32,000 nucleotides of DNA, from contig NC_010655.1 in the NCBI RefSeq assembly GCF_000020225.1, positions 1,500,001 to 1,532,000 on the forward strand, in the 5' to 3' direction. The DNA is from Akkermansia muciniphila ATCC BAA-835 (GTDB lineage Bacteria; Verrucomicrobiota; Verrucomicrobiia; Verrucomicrobiales; Akkermansiaceae). Under the pieces are notes generated by a model that did not search any database, was not told the DNA's origin, and saw only the letters and a program-made list of their open reading frames with translations. Each line of letters starts with the position of its first letter. Position 1 is the stretch's first letter. The translations under genes were made by a program, and so were the position numbers. This document shows, piece after piece, positions 20,558 to 28,757 of this stretch.

Positions 20558-22081
20558 ATGAACGCCAGACTATCGGCAATCACAGGTTCGATTCTCCTGC
20601 TGTCGTCCCCGCTGCAGGGATTTTCCGCAACAACTCATCCGGATTCCTGCATGAACCGGGATTGGAAAAAAGAGATTCCCCTGCCAGTATATCCAAACCG
20701 GGAAATGACGGAACTTTATCATCAAACATGGGAAATTGCGGCTGGGCGCGTCAGGAAAGGGCCGGAAGGGCTCCCCGCGTCTCCCTATATGGATGAAAAT
20801 TGCTACGAAGATCAAATCTGGATATGGGACACCTGTTTCATGGTGCTTTTTGCCAAGTATGCGCCCAGGGCGTTTCCCGGAATAGAAAGTCTGGATAATC
20901 TTTACAAACCTATCCATGAAAAAGCCGCTACGCCCCTTAGAATCCATTTAGTGGATAATCCCCCGCTGTTTGCTTGGGTGGAAAAGGAATATTTTGATTT
21001 CACAGGAGATAAGAGGCGGCTTAATCATCTTCTTAATGAAAAGCGGTATTTGCAGAAGCATTTCAAATGGTTTGCCCGGGCTAAGGCTGGTGAACGGTTT
21101 GAATGTTCCCCCCAGCGTATTTACTTGAATTCCATTGGGGATGATGGCTTTACCTGGACGGGGAGAGCGAGCGGTATGGACAATACTCCCCGCGGGCGTG
21201 ATGCCGGAGGATACCATAAGGTGCTATGGGTGGATGCCATTTCCCAGCAGGCTCTTAGCGCCCACTGCATTGCTACCATGGAACAGGCTTTGGGAAATGA
21301 GAATGAAGCAAGAAAATGGAACGCTGAATATGAAGCGCTTAAGAAAAAGATCAACCATCTTTACTGGGATGAGCGGGATGGATTTTATTACGATGTCACC
21401 ATTGCGGACAAACAGCCCTGCCGCGTTAAAACCATTGCTTCCTATTGGCCCCTTCTGGCCCGGATTGCGTCCAGGGAACAGGCGCGGAGCATGGTAAATC
21501 ATCTGATGAATCCCGGGGAATTCGGAGGCAGTTATCCTACTCCTTCCCTGGCCCGCTCGGATAAGGATTATCATCATCAAACCGGGGATTACTGGCGGGG
21601 AGGAATTTGGCTGCCGACGACATATATGGCGATTAAGGCCATTGAAAAGTATGGCTACCATGAGGAGGCCGATGCTATTGCCGAGAAGGTTATCAACCAG
21701 CAGCTTGCCGCTTACAGGAATATGGAACCGCATACTGTCTGGGAGTGCTATAGCCCAAGCGGAGATGCCCCCTCCACAGAACACGGACGCCGTGTAAGAC
21801 CGGAATTTTGCGGCTGGTCAGCCCTGGGGCCGATTGCGTTGTTTATTGAAAATGTGCTGGGATTTAAGAAAGTGTCTGCCGCCGGAAAGGAAGTCCGGTG
21901 GAGGTTGAAAAAAAACAAGGGCCGCCATGGAATCAGGAATTTGAGGTTTGGCGATATTGTAACCGATATTGTTTTTGATGGTAAAGGCACGGTGTCGGTC
22001 ACGTCGAATGCTTCTTACTCTTTAATCATTAATGGCAATACTTATTCAGTAAGGAAGGGGGATACTGAAATTAAGCTGTAA
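20558..22081 (+). CDS. Secreted (alpha/alpha)6-barrel glycoside hydrolase, GH63-like / MGH1-like / trehalase-like
   Basis: 507 aa with a signal peptide. Blocks SGMDNTPRGRD, YWRGGIWLPTTYM and WECYSP resemble the catalytic-region signatures of the GH63/GH37 six-hairpin clan as I recall them. It starts 27 nt after the esterase stop. Confidence 0.8.
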   Translation: MNARLSAITGSILLLSSPLQGFSATTHPDSCMNRDWKKEIPLPVYPNREMTELYHQTWEIAAGRVRKGPEGLPASPYMDENCYEDQIWIWDTCFMVLFAKYAPRAFPGIESLDNLYKPIHEKAATPLRIHLVDNPPLFAWVEKEYFDFTGDKRRLNHLLNEKRYLQKHFKWFARAKAGERFECSPQRIYLNSIGDDGFTWTGRASGMDNTPRGRDAGGYHKVLWVDAISQQALSAHCIATMEQALGNENEARKWNAEYEALKKKINHLYWDERDGFYYDVTIADKQPCRVKTIASYWPLLARIASREQARSMVNHLMNPGEFGGSYPTPSLARSDKDYHHQTGDYWRGGIWLPTTYMAIKAIEKYGYHEEADAIAEKVINQQLAAYRNMEPHTVWECYSPSGDAPSTEHGRRVRPEFCGWSALGPIALFIENVLGFKKVSAAGKEVRWRLKKNKGRHGIRNLRFGDIVTDIVFDGKGTVSVTSNASYSLIINGNTYSVRKGDTEIKL

Positions 22082-22249
22082 GGACCTTCTGTTTATCCAC
22101 GGAAGGGCGTCATTGATGTTCTTCCGCGGGGTTTTTCCTTTTGCCGGGGCAAGATGCGGGTTTTTCCCGTGCCTGCGCCAATTTTTTTTCTTTTGGAGGC
22201 GGCCTGAGAGGCAAGGGTGACAAAGGAAATTCCGGAAGGGCGGCAAGGC

Positions 22250-22265
22250 AATGTTCCGGAACATT
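22250..22265. other. Perfect 16-bp palindrome in the convergent intergenic region; possible hairpin terminator without a U-tract
   Basis: AATGTTCCGGAACATT. It can be extended by CAAG/CTTG with bulges (22244-22270). It lies 28 nt beyond the epimerase stop. Confidence 0.3.
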
Positions 22266-22292
22266 ACTTGAGAGGTAATGCTGTCTGCCGTT

Positions 22293-23147
22293 TTAACGGG
22301 GAGAGCAGGCTTCCTCCATATGCCTTACGGAAATTTTTTGGTAAAGGGTATGGGTTTGTCCGGGAGCGAGGGAAATGGAACGGGGCTCCGCGTTTCCCGT
22401 TTCAATGCACAGGAATTTATTCCAGGACTCCGCACCCAGGTCCGCCATGTTTTTGGCGCCCTGTTGTCCAGGATTCCAGACGATGACGGAAGAGGCATGG
22501 TTCCGCTCCACCGTGATGGCGCGGTTCAGCATGAGGTCTTCCAGCATTGTTTTTCCCGAACAGGAGGGGAAGTTGTAAACGCGGTCCAAGCACCCCAGCG
22601 GCGTCAGCGGGCGTTCTCCGTGCTTCATGGGCTGGGCGGCTTCTTCCCGGAACGGGATGTCCTCCAGCCCATGAACGCGGCATTTGGTCAGGTTGCCGAC
22701 GGCAAAGTAGTTATGGAATGCTTCCGTGAGCTTGCAGGGCTGCGTGCGCGCCGTGGTTTCCAGCCTCATGGCCAGCGTGCGGCCCAGGGTAAGGCGCAGG
22801 ATGGCGGCGGGATAGGATTCATCTTCCGGATAGAAAGCCAGGGAGAGCAGGACGTTGCCGCACTTGTCCATTTCCTGGTGGTGGAGGCGCCATTCCGAGG
22901 TGCGCGCTATGCCGTGGGACGGTGCTCCTTCCCGGGGGCCGAACCAGGGCCAGCAGACGGGGATGCCTCCGCGGATGGCTTTGCCGGGGACAAAGGCTGC
23001 GTTAGGAGAAAGAAAAAGGCATTCCTCATGCCCTGCCGGCTTCCATGAGGTGAGGTGCGCTCCCTGAAGGCACAGGGATGCCGTGCAGAGCGGTGTTGTT
23101 ACGTCCAGGAAAGAAAGCCCCTGGTTTGTTGTGCGCCGGACGGTCAT
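22293..23147 (-). CDS. D-hexose-6-phosphate mutarotase (glucose-6-phosphate 1-epimerase, YeaD family)
   Basis: 284 aa. The block IRGGIPVCWPWFGP...HGIARTSEW is typical of the aldose-1-epimerase-like YeaD family. Its ATG overlaps the pdxH TGA. Confidence 0.85.
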   Translation of the reverse strand: MTVRRTTNQGLSFLDVTTPLCTASLCLQGAHLTSWKPAGHEECLFLSPNAAFVPGKAIRGGIPVCWPWFGPREGAPSHGIARTSEWRLHHQEMDKCGNVLLSLAFYPEDESYPAAILRLTLGRTLAMRLETTARTQPCKLTEAFHNYFAVGNLTKCRVHGLEDIPFREEAAQPMKHGERPLTPLGCLDRVYNFPSCSGKTMLEDLMLNRAITVERNHASSVIVWNPGQQGAKNMADLGAESWNKFLCIETGNAEPRSISLAPGQTHTLYQKISVRHMEEACSPR

Positions 23148-23782
23148 GGCTGAAGGCGTTCAATTGTCCAGGAGCCGTTTTCCTGAAGTTTGTACATGAA
23201 ACGGTCATGCACGCGGCCGGGGCCGCCCTGCCAGAATTCAAAGGTATCCGGGATAATTCGGTAGCCGCCCCAGAAGGAGGGAAGGGGTATTTCTCCTTTG
23301 GAGAATTTGTTTTTCAGTTCCATCAACTTCATTTCCAACAGTTTTCTTCCGGAAATGACGGAGCTTTGGTGTGAAACCCAAGCTCCAAGCTGGGATTCCT
23401 TGGGGCGGGTGAGGAAATATTTCAGGGATTCCGCGCGGGAGACTTTGACGGCTTTTCCGTAAATGATGATCTGGCGTTCCAGCATTACCCACGGAAGCAT
23501 CATGCAGACCTGCGGATTTTCTTCAATATCGCGGGCCTTGTGGCTGCCGTAGTTGGTGAAGAAAACAAAGCCCGTCCGGTCAAAATATTTGAGCAGCACG
23601 GTGCGCAGGGAGGGCCTGCCCTGGGCGTCCGCCGTGGCCAGGGAAAAAGCGTTGGGTTCCGGAATATCCGCTTTCAGGGCCTGTTCAAACCAGGTTTGGA
23701 ATTGTTCAAAGGGATTTTCCGCCAGGTCCTTTCTGTGCAGCTGGCCTTTGAGGTATTCTTCTCTGAAATTGGACAAGTCCAT
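23144..23782 (-). CDS. pdxH: Pyridoxamine 5'-phosphate oxidase
   Basis: 212 aa. It has RTVLLKYFD, and the C-terminal FWQGGPGRVHDRFMY closely matches the PdxH signature. Confidence 0.93.
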   Translation of the reverse strand: MDLSNFREEYLKGQLHRKDLAENPFEQFQTWFEQALKADIPEPNAFSLATADAQGRPSLRTVLLKYFDRTGFVFFTNYGSHKARDIEENPQVCMMLPWVMLERQIIIYGKAVKVSRAESLKYFLTRPKESQLGAWVSHQSSVISGRKLLEMKLMELKNKFSKGEIPLPSFWGGYRIIPDTFEFWQGGPGRVHDRFMYKLQENGSWTIERLQP

Positions 23783-23803
23783 GGCGTGTTGAACGATGAG
23801 TGG

Positions 23804-24667
23804 TTATTCTACGCTGAAATCCAGCCCCAGGTCCAGGGAGGGGGCCGAGTGGGTCACGTAGCCTACGGAGACGAAGTCCACGCCGGATTCCGCAATGGCG
23901 GCTACCGTGTCCAGGTGAACGCCTCCGCTGGCTTCCAGCAGGGGGGTGGTGCATCCTCCGCGCATGGCGACGGCTTGTTTCAGCATTTCCGGCGTCATGT
24001 TGTCCAGAAGGATATGGTCCACGCCTTCCAGTTTAAGGAAGTTGCCCACCTGTTCCAGGGTGTCCGCTTCCAGCTGGATTTCCACGCCGGGCTTTTCCTG
24101 ACGCAGCCTGTTGATGCATTCCTGAAGGTGTTCCGTATTTCCATCCGTCATCAGGTGGTTGTCTTTCACCATGGCGCGGTCATAAAGGCCCATGCGGTGG
24201 TTGGTGCCTCCGCCATGGAGCACGGCCGCTTTTTCCAGCAGACGGTAGCCGGGAGTGGTTTTGCGGGTATCCAGAATGCGGGCGCTGGTGTGGGAAATGG
24301 CTTTCACATATTGTCTGGTGAGCGTAGCTACTCCGGAAAGACGCTGGATGAAGTTGAGGGCGGTGCGTTCCGCCCCAAGAATGGAGCGGGCGGACCCTTC
24401 AATAAGCATCACCACGGCGCCGGGCGCCACGGCTTCCCCGTCATGCAGGTAAACTTCCACCTTCAGGGTGGGATCCACCTTGCGGAAAACTTCCGCCGCG
24501 ACATTGACGCCGGAAAGAACGCCTTTTTTCCGGGGGGTCAAAATAGCTCTGGCGGTCAGATGTTCCGGGACGAAGTATGTGGAAGTCACGTCGCCGGAGC
24601 CGAAGTCTTCGGCCAGCGCCAGATTGATCAGGGTTTCCACGTTGTCGGATACGGTTTCTGCGGGCAT
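23804..24667 (-). CDS. nadC: Nicotinate-nucleotide diphosphorylase (carboxylating), i.e. quinolinate phosphoribosyltransferase
   Basis: 287 aa. The N-terminal LAEDFGSGDVTS and the blocks ILDTRKTTPGYR, DRAMVKDNH, DNM and SGGV are typical of QPRTase. Confidence 0.93.
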   Translation of the reverse strand: MPAETVSDNVETLINLALAEDFGSGDVTSTYFVPEHLTARAILTPRKKGVLSGVNVAAEVFRKVDPTLKVEVYLHDGEAVAPGAVVMLIEGSARSILGAERTALNFIQRLSGVATLTRQYVKAISHTSARILDTRKTTPGYRLLEKAAVLHGGGTNHRMGLYDRAMVKDNHLMTDGNTEHLQECINRLRQEKPGVEIQLEADTLEQVGNFLKLEGVDHILLDNMTPEMLKQAVAMRGGCTTPLLEASGGVHLDTVAAIAESGVDFVSVGYVTHSAPSLDLGLDFSVE

Positions 24668-24682
24668 GAAAGAAAAAGCGGC

Positions 24683-25576
24683 TTAATATTCGCGGTTAAG
24701 AAGATAGTTGGCCAGTTCCACCAGGCGGGCGCGGCGTTCTTCCGGGAAGATCATCAGGGCATCCAGAGCCGCCTGAGTGCGGCATTTGGCTTCGGAACGG
24801 GCGCCGTCCAGGCCAATCAGGGCCGGACAGGTGGATTTCTGGGAATTGACGTCCTTGCCGGCGGTCTTGCCGAGTTTTTCCGTGGAAGCCGTCAGGTCCA
24901 GAATGTCGTCAATCACCTGGAAAGCCAGCCCCAGGTTGTAACCGAAGTCCGTCAGAGCTTCCAGCTGGGACTCTGTGGCGTTTGCGGACATGCCGCCGAA
25001 GCGAAGGGCCGTGGTTAGCAGGGCGGCCGTCTTCCCTTCGTACACGGTGCGGACTTCCGGTTCGGAGAGCTGCTTGTGTTCTCCCTCCAAATCCAGAATC
25101 TGGCCTCCGATGAGCATGGTGCTGCCGCCGGTGGCTGCCAGCTCCCTCACGTAATCCCTGACGGTATAGCGTTCCGTATCGTCCACCTGGGCGATTACGG
25201 CAAAAGCCTCCGTCAGCAGCGCGTCTCCCGCCAGGATGGCGACGCCTTCTCCGAAAGCCTTGTGGCTGGTGGGTTTCCCACGGCGCAGATCGTCGTTGTC
25301 CATGGCTGGCAGGTCGTCATGGATGAGGGAATACGTATGCATCATTTCCACGGCGCAGGCGGGAACCAGGGCGTCCACTGCCAGTCCTCCGCAGGCCTCC
25401 GCCGCCGCCAGGCAAAGGACGGGGCGCATTCTTTTCCCACCCGCAAATATGCTGTAGCGCATGGCTTTGTGGATGGTTTCGGGGCTTTCGTCCTCTGCTG
25501 GCAGCAGTCTGTCCAGCGCTGCGTCAATCAGGGCGCATTGTTCTGTGATGTAGTCGTTCAGTGATTGTTCACACAT
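24683..25576 (-). CDS. ispA: Polyprenyl diphosphate synthase (farnesyl or geranylgeranyl diphosphate synthase)
   Basis: 297 aa with both aspartate-rich motifs, LIHDDLPAMDNDDLRRGKP and FQVIDDILD. Confidence 0.9.
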   Translation of the reverse strand: MCEQSLNDYITEQCALIDAALDRLLPAEDESPETIHKAMRYSIFAGGKRMRPVLCLAAAEACGGLAVDALVPACAVEMMHTYSLIHDDLPAMDNDDLRRGKPTSHKAFGEGVAILAGDALLTEAFAVIAQVDDTERYTVRDYVRELAATGGSTMLIGGQILDLEGEHKQLSEPEVRTVYEGKTAALLTTALRFGGMSANATESQLEALTDFGYNLGLAFQVIDDILDLTASTEKLGKTAGKDVNSQKSTCPALIGLDGARSEAKCRTQAALDALMIFPEERRARLVELANYLLNREY

Positions 25577-25614
25577 GGCGTTATGGAATAGGTGCGGGGT
25601 GTGGAGGAAACAGG

Positions 25615-26625
25615 TCAGCGGTTGACCAGCAATTCCGCGATTTGTACGGCGTTGAGTGCGGCCCCTTTTCGGACCTGATCGCCCACGACCCAGAGAGTCA
25701 GGGCATTGTCAATCGCCATGTCCATGCGCATGCGCCCTACGTAGCAGGTATCTCCGTTGGTGCTGTCCAGCGGGGTGGGCCACACGCCCTCCGCTGGGTT
25801 GTCCATCAGGGCGACTCCGGGTTTGCCTTCATAGGCGCTGCGGGCAGTTTCCAAGTCCACAGGTTTTTCAAACTGGGCGGTAACGGAGATGGAATGGGAA
25901 CGGTAAACGGGCACGCGCACGCAGGTGCATGTTACCTTGAGTTCGGGCAGGGAAAGAATTTTACGGCCTTCATTAAGCATCTTAAGCTCTTCCTTGGTAT
26001 AGCCGTTTTCCGTAAAGGAATCGATCTGGGGAAGAAGATTGAAGGCTATCTGGTGGGGATAAACATTTTTCACTACGGGGTGGCCGTCCACTACGGCGCG
26101 CACCTGGGTTTCCAGTTCCGCAATGCCGTGCTGGCCGCTGCCGGAAACCGCCTGATAACTGGAGGCGATGACGGTTTTCAACCCGAAACGCTGATGCAGA
26201 GGGAAGAGGGCCATCAGCGTAATGATGGTGGTGCAGTTCGGGTTGGCGATAATATTGCGGGGGTGGTTGAAGGCCGCTTCCGGATTGATTTCCGGCACCA
26301 CCAGGGGCACGTCCGGCTCCTGCCGGAAGGCAGAGGAATTGTCAATGACCACACAGCCCGCAGCCGCTGCGATAGGAGCGAATTTCAGGGAAATTCCTCC
26401 GCCTGCGCTGAACAGGGCGATATCCACCCCATCAAAGGATTTTTCCGTCAATTCTTCTACAGTCAGCATTTTCCCACGGAAAGCGACCTGTTTTCCGGCG
26501 GACCGGGCGGAGGCCAGAAGCTTCAGGGAACCTACGGGAAAATTGCGTGTTTCCAGGCAGGACAGGATTTCAACGCCCACCGCTCCGGTGGCGCCGACGA
26601 TGGCAACATGGGGTGCTTGGTTCAT
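25615..26625 (-). CDS. asd: Aspartate-semialdehyde dehydrogenase
   Basis: 336 aa with the N-terminal VAIVGATGAVG NAD(P) fold, the active-site block ANPNCTTI, and SGSG. Confidence 0.95.
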   Translation of the reverse strand: MNQAPHVAIVGATGAVGVEILSCLETRNFPVGSLKLLASARSAGKQVAFRGKMLTVEELTEKSFDGVDIALFSAGGGISLKFAPIAAAAGCVVIDNSSAFRQEPDVPLVVPEINPEAAFNHPRNIIANPNCTTIITLMALFPLHQRFGLKTVIASSYQAVSGSGQHGIAELETQVRAVVDGHPVVKNVYPHQIAFNLLPQIDSFTENGYTKEELKMLNEGRKILSLPELKVTCTCVRVPVYRSHSISVTAQFEKPVDLETARSAYEGKPGVALMDNPAEGVWPTPLDSTNGDTCYVGRMRMDMAIDNALTLWVVGDQVRKGAALNAVQIAELLVNR

Positions 26626-26717
26626 GATTGTTGTCAGAAAATGACGGATATTTTCCGTTCGCCCCCATTATACGGCAGCCCGGTCATATGGCAATACGAT
26701 TGCAAGCCTTCAGGCTT

Positions 26718-26758
26718 AAAAATGAAAAACTGTCCGAGATTTTACACCCCGGACAGTT
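26718..26758 (-). terminator. Intrinsic terminator of the PEP-CTERM gene
   Basis: The minus strand reads AACTGTCCG, a 13-nt loop, CGGACAGTT, followed by TTTCATTTTT. It begins about 33 nt after the stop at 26791. Confidence 0.7.
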
Positions 26759-26790
26759 GTTGAAAAACGGGAAAGATCGCGTTTTTTATT

Positions 26791-27507
26791 TCAGCGCTTG
26801 CGGCGCAGCATCAGCAGGGACAGGCCCAAAAGGCTCAGGGACGCCGTAGCCGGTTCCGGAACGACATCCTCAGCAGTGGCTGACATGGAAAAAAGCAGGT
26901 TGGAGTTCGTGTTTCCGCCGCCATTGCGGGTGGACATCACAATGTAAGCCGTGTCGCTGGTAAGGGGAGTACCGCTCAAGTCCACGGACAGGGTCATGCC
27001 TGTTTGAATCAGGGAAGAGGCCTGACCGGTCAACTGGCTGATCTGCCAGCCTTCTGCCGTCTGATAAACGATATTGAGCGTCGTGAAGTTTGCTCCGGAT
27101 TGCAGCCCGGCGCAGTCCACGGAAAGAGTCAATCCGGTATAACTGGCGTAATCACTGGTAAGCGTTACCGCTGTTCCTACGATAGAGCCGCCGTAAGCAT
27201 TTCTGTTGATGAAAGACACGGATACATCAGTATCCCCGGATGCGGTGACGCTGCCGTAAATACCGGAGCCGGAATTGCCGTTTGCAGTGGTGCCTTGCCA
27301 GCCGGTGGTGCCTTGCAACCATGTGACGACTTTTTGTGCAGTGATGACACTTCCGCTGTTGACGTCTCCGAATCCAGACAATTTAAGGTTTGCAGGCAGA
27401 GATGTCCCTTCGGCTGCCTCCCCATTTAGGTCGATTGCTACGGTGGCGGCCATCCCTGCGCCGCAACACAAAGCCATAAGACCGGAAAGAAATAATGTGT
27501 TCTTCAT
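26791..27507 (-). CDS. PEP-CTERM sorting-domain secreted protein
   Basis: I take the ATG at 27507 as the start (MKNTLFLSGLMALCCGAGMA signal peptide). The C-terminus VPEPATASLSLLGLSLLMLRRKR is PEP, a transmembrane helix and a basic tail. The body is rich in Thr, Ser and Gly. Confidence 0.8.
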   Translation of the reverse strand: MKNTLFLSGLMALCCGAGMAATVAIDLNGEAAEGTSLPANLKLSGFGDVNSGSVITAQKVVTWLQGTTGWQGTTANGNSGSGIYGSVTASGDTDVSVSFINRNAYGGSIVGTAVTLTSDYASYTGLTLSVDCAGLQSGANFTTLNIVYQTAEGWQISQLTGQASSLIQTGMTLSVDLSGTPLTSDTAYIVMSTRNGGGNTNSNLLFSMSATAEDVVPEPATASLSLLGLSLLMLRRKR

Positions 27508-27577
27508 GGTTGTTCGTTGCTCTTTTTTATTGCTGTAATTTGCCGGGCTGTCTTGAACCCGCTCATGATGAATAAAG

Positions 27578-27592
27578 CGGATTTTCAATCCG
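27578..27592. promoter_or_regulatory. Palindromic 15-mer copy A, inside a candidate promoter spacer for the PEP-CTERM gene
   Basis: CGGATTTTCAATCCG (stem CGGATT / AATCCG). On the minus strand it lies between TTGACT (27600-27595) and TTTATT (27576-27571). Confidence 0.4.
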
Positions 27593-27864
27593 GAAGTCAA
27601 GCGTAAATTCTGATAACCAAGAATTTGTGCCGAACTTTATTGCATCATTGAAAACCTTTTTATGCATACGGAAAGCCTGCCGAAATATCCACCCATGCAG
27701 AAACCGCCGCCAGCTTTTGAGACTGCTCAAGATAAGTCTGAAAACCGGAGAACTCTTTTCCCTGAAAGCTGGTACATCTGCCGCGAATGTCCGTTTCAAC
27801 AGCCGCAGGAAACAGTCCCGCACCCTGCAGAAAGAGAAACTCATGCACTGTTTTCAGGGCATAT

Positions 27865-27879
27865 CGGATTGAAAATCCG
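27865..27879. promoter_or_regulatory. Palindromic 15-mer copy B, the exact reverse complement of copy A
   Basis: CGGATTGAAAATCCG, flanked on both sides by the direct repeat GCATAT. Confidence 0.4.
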
Positions 27880-27905
27880 GCATATCCTCACTTTCCATGA
27901 AAGGC

Positions 27906-27938
27906 AACAAAACAGGCTCCCGATTTTAGGGAGCCTGT
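27906..27938 (-). terminator. Intrinsic terminator after the 229-aa hypothetical gene
   Basis: The minus strand reads ACAGGCTCCC, the loop TAAAATC, GGGAGCCTGT, followed by TTTGTTG. The stem is a perfect 10 bp and begins 29 nt after the stop. Confidence 0.75.
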
Positions 27939-27966
27939 CTTTAAAGGAAAGAGCGGTGCAAGCCTG

Positions 27967-28656
27967 CTATTTAACCCATTTTCCCGCGCCTTCCGGCAGC
28001 CTGCCGTCAGAGACGGGGCCGTAGCGGGTGGATTCCGTGTTGCCCCAGAGGGGGACGCCTACGATGCGTTTCCACCAGCGGGACATGCTGGCTCCCGTAT
28101 AGCAGCCGAAGCTCCAGCAGTCGGACTGCGGCGTGAAAATATCCCGCCGTATCCTGTTCAGGTCCGTCTCATGGATCCATTCCGTGGAAACGGCCATGAT
28201 ATTGTTGCCGTAGTCCAGCATCCACGCATAGCAGTTGGAATGACCGAAGTAGTAAAAGGATTCCACCTTGTCGCCGTGGAAGCGCGGGGAGGAATTCAGC
28301 GCCCGGATGGCCTGGTCGGCGCTGTTTACCCAGACGAGCCTGATTTTATACTTGGAAGCCAGGTCCGCAATCCAGCGGGTGTAAGGTTTGCCGTCTTCCT
28401 TCCCCCGGGTTGCGTAACCGGGGCGGTAAACAATCCAGGTGATTCTGGCGGCAGGATCTTGCTGCTGGATCTGGGCGATGCGGATGGTGGAGGCCCTTAC
28501 AAAGTTGGCCCACCAGTTGTCATGCCTGTCAGGCTGTATTCTCAGCCCTTCCCATTGCCTGAGTGCGGGGCCGCCGCACATGACGACGTGAACGGCCCGG
28601 GACAGTCCCGTGCCGCCCAGCAACAGGGCCAGAGCGAGAAAAAGGCGTGAAAGCAT
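27967..28656 (-). CDS. Secreted protein of unknown function
   Basis: 229 aa with an ATG start and the signal peptide MLSRLFLALALLLGGTGLSRA. It is rich in Trp and Cys. YFGHSNC weakly resembles a hydrolase nucleophile elbow but is not GxSxG. I recognise no family. Confidence 0.7.
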   Translation of the reverse strand: MLSRLFLALALLLGGTGLSRAVHVVMCGGPALRQWEGLRIQPDRHDNWWANFVRASTIRIAQIQQQDPAARITWIVYRPGYATRGKEDGKPYTRWIADLASKYKIRLVWVNSADQAIRALNSSPRFHGDKVESFYYFGHSNCYAWMLDYGNNIMAVSTEWIHETDLNRIRRDIFTPQSDCWSFGCYTGASMSRWWKRIVGVPLWGNTESTRYGPVSDGRLPEGAGKWVK

Positions 28657-28757
28657 GCCCGCACCCTACCTTTGCTCCCCGTATCTGTCAATCCGGCGGA
28701 GCGTTTTTTGCGGGAACAGACGCGCGTGAAAAGACAAGGGAGGGTTTTCATGTCCCC

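Noticed and set aside
20583-20597. GGTTCGATTCTCC, resembling a tRNA T-arm (GGTTCGAATCC).
   Set aside because: The flanking bases cannot form the 5-bp T-stem, there is no acceptor or anticodon arm, and the sequence encodes the signal peptide of the glycosidase (…ITGSILLL…).
22093-22100. A DnaA-box-like TTATCCAC, and TGTGGACAA at 7513-7521.
   Set aside because: These are single, isolated near-matches. There is no cluster, no adjacent AT-rich unwinding element in the right arrangement, and no dnaA gene.
27529-27547. GGCAAATTACAGCAAT on the minus strand upstream of the PEP-CTERM gene, considered because some PEP-CTERM systems are sigma-54 dependent.
   Set aside because: The GG-to-GC spacing is 9 nt rather than the required 10, and the -24 half lacks the TGGCAC context.
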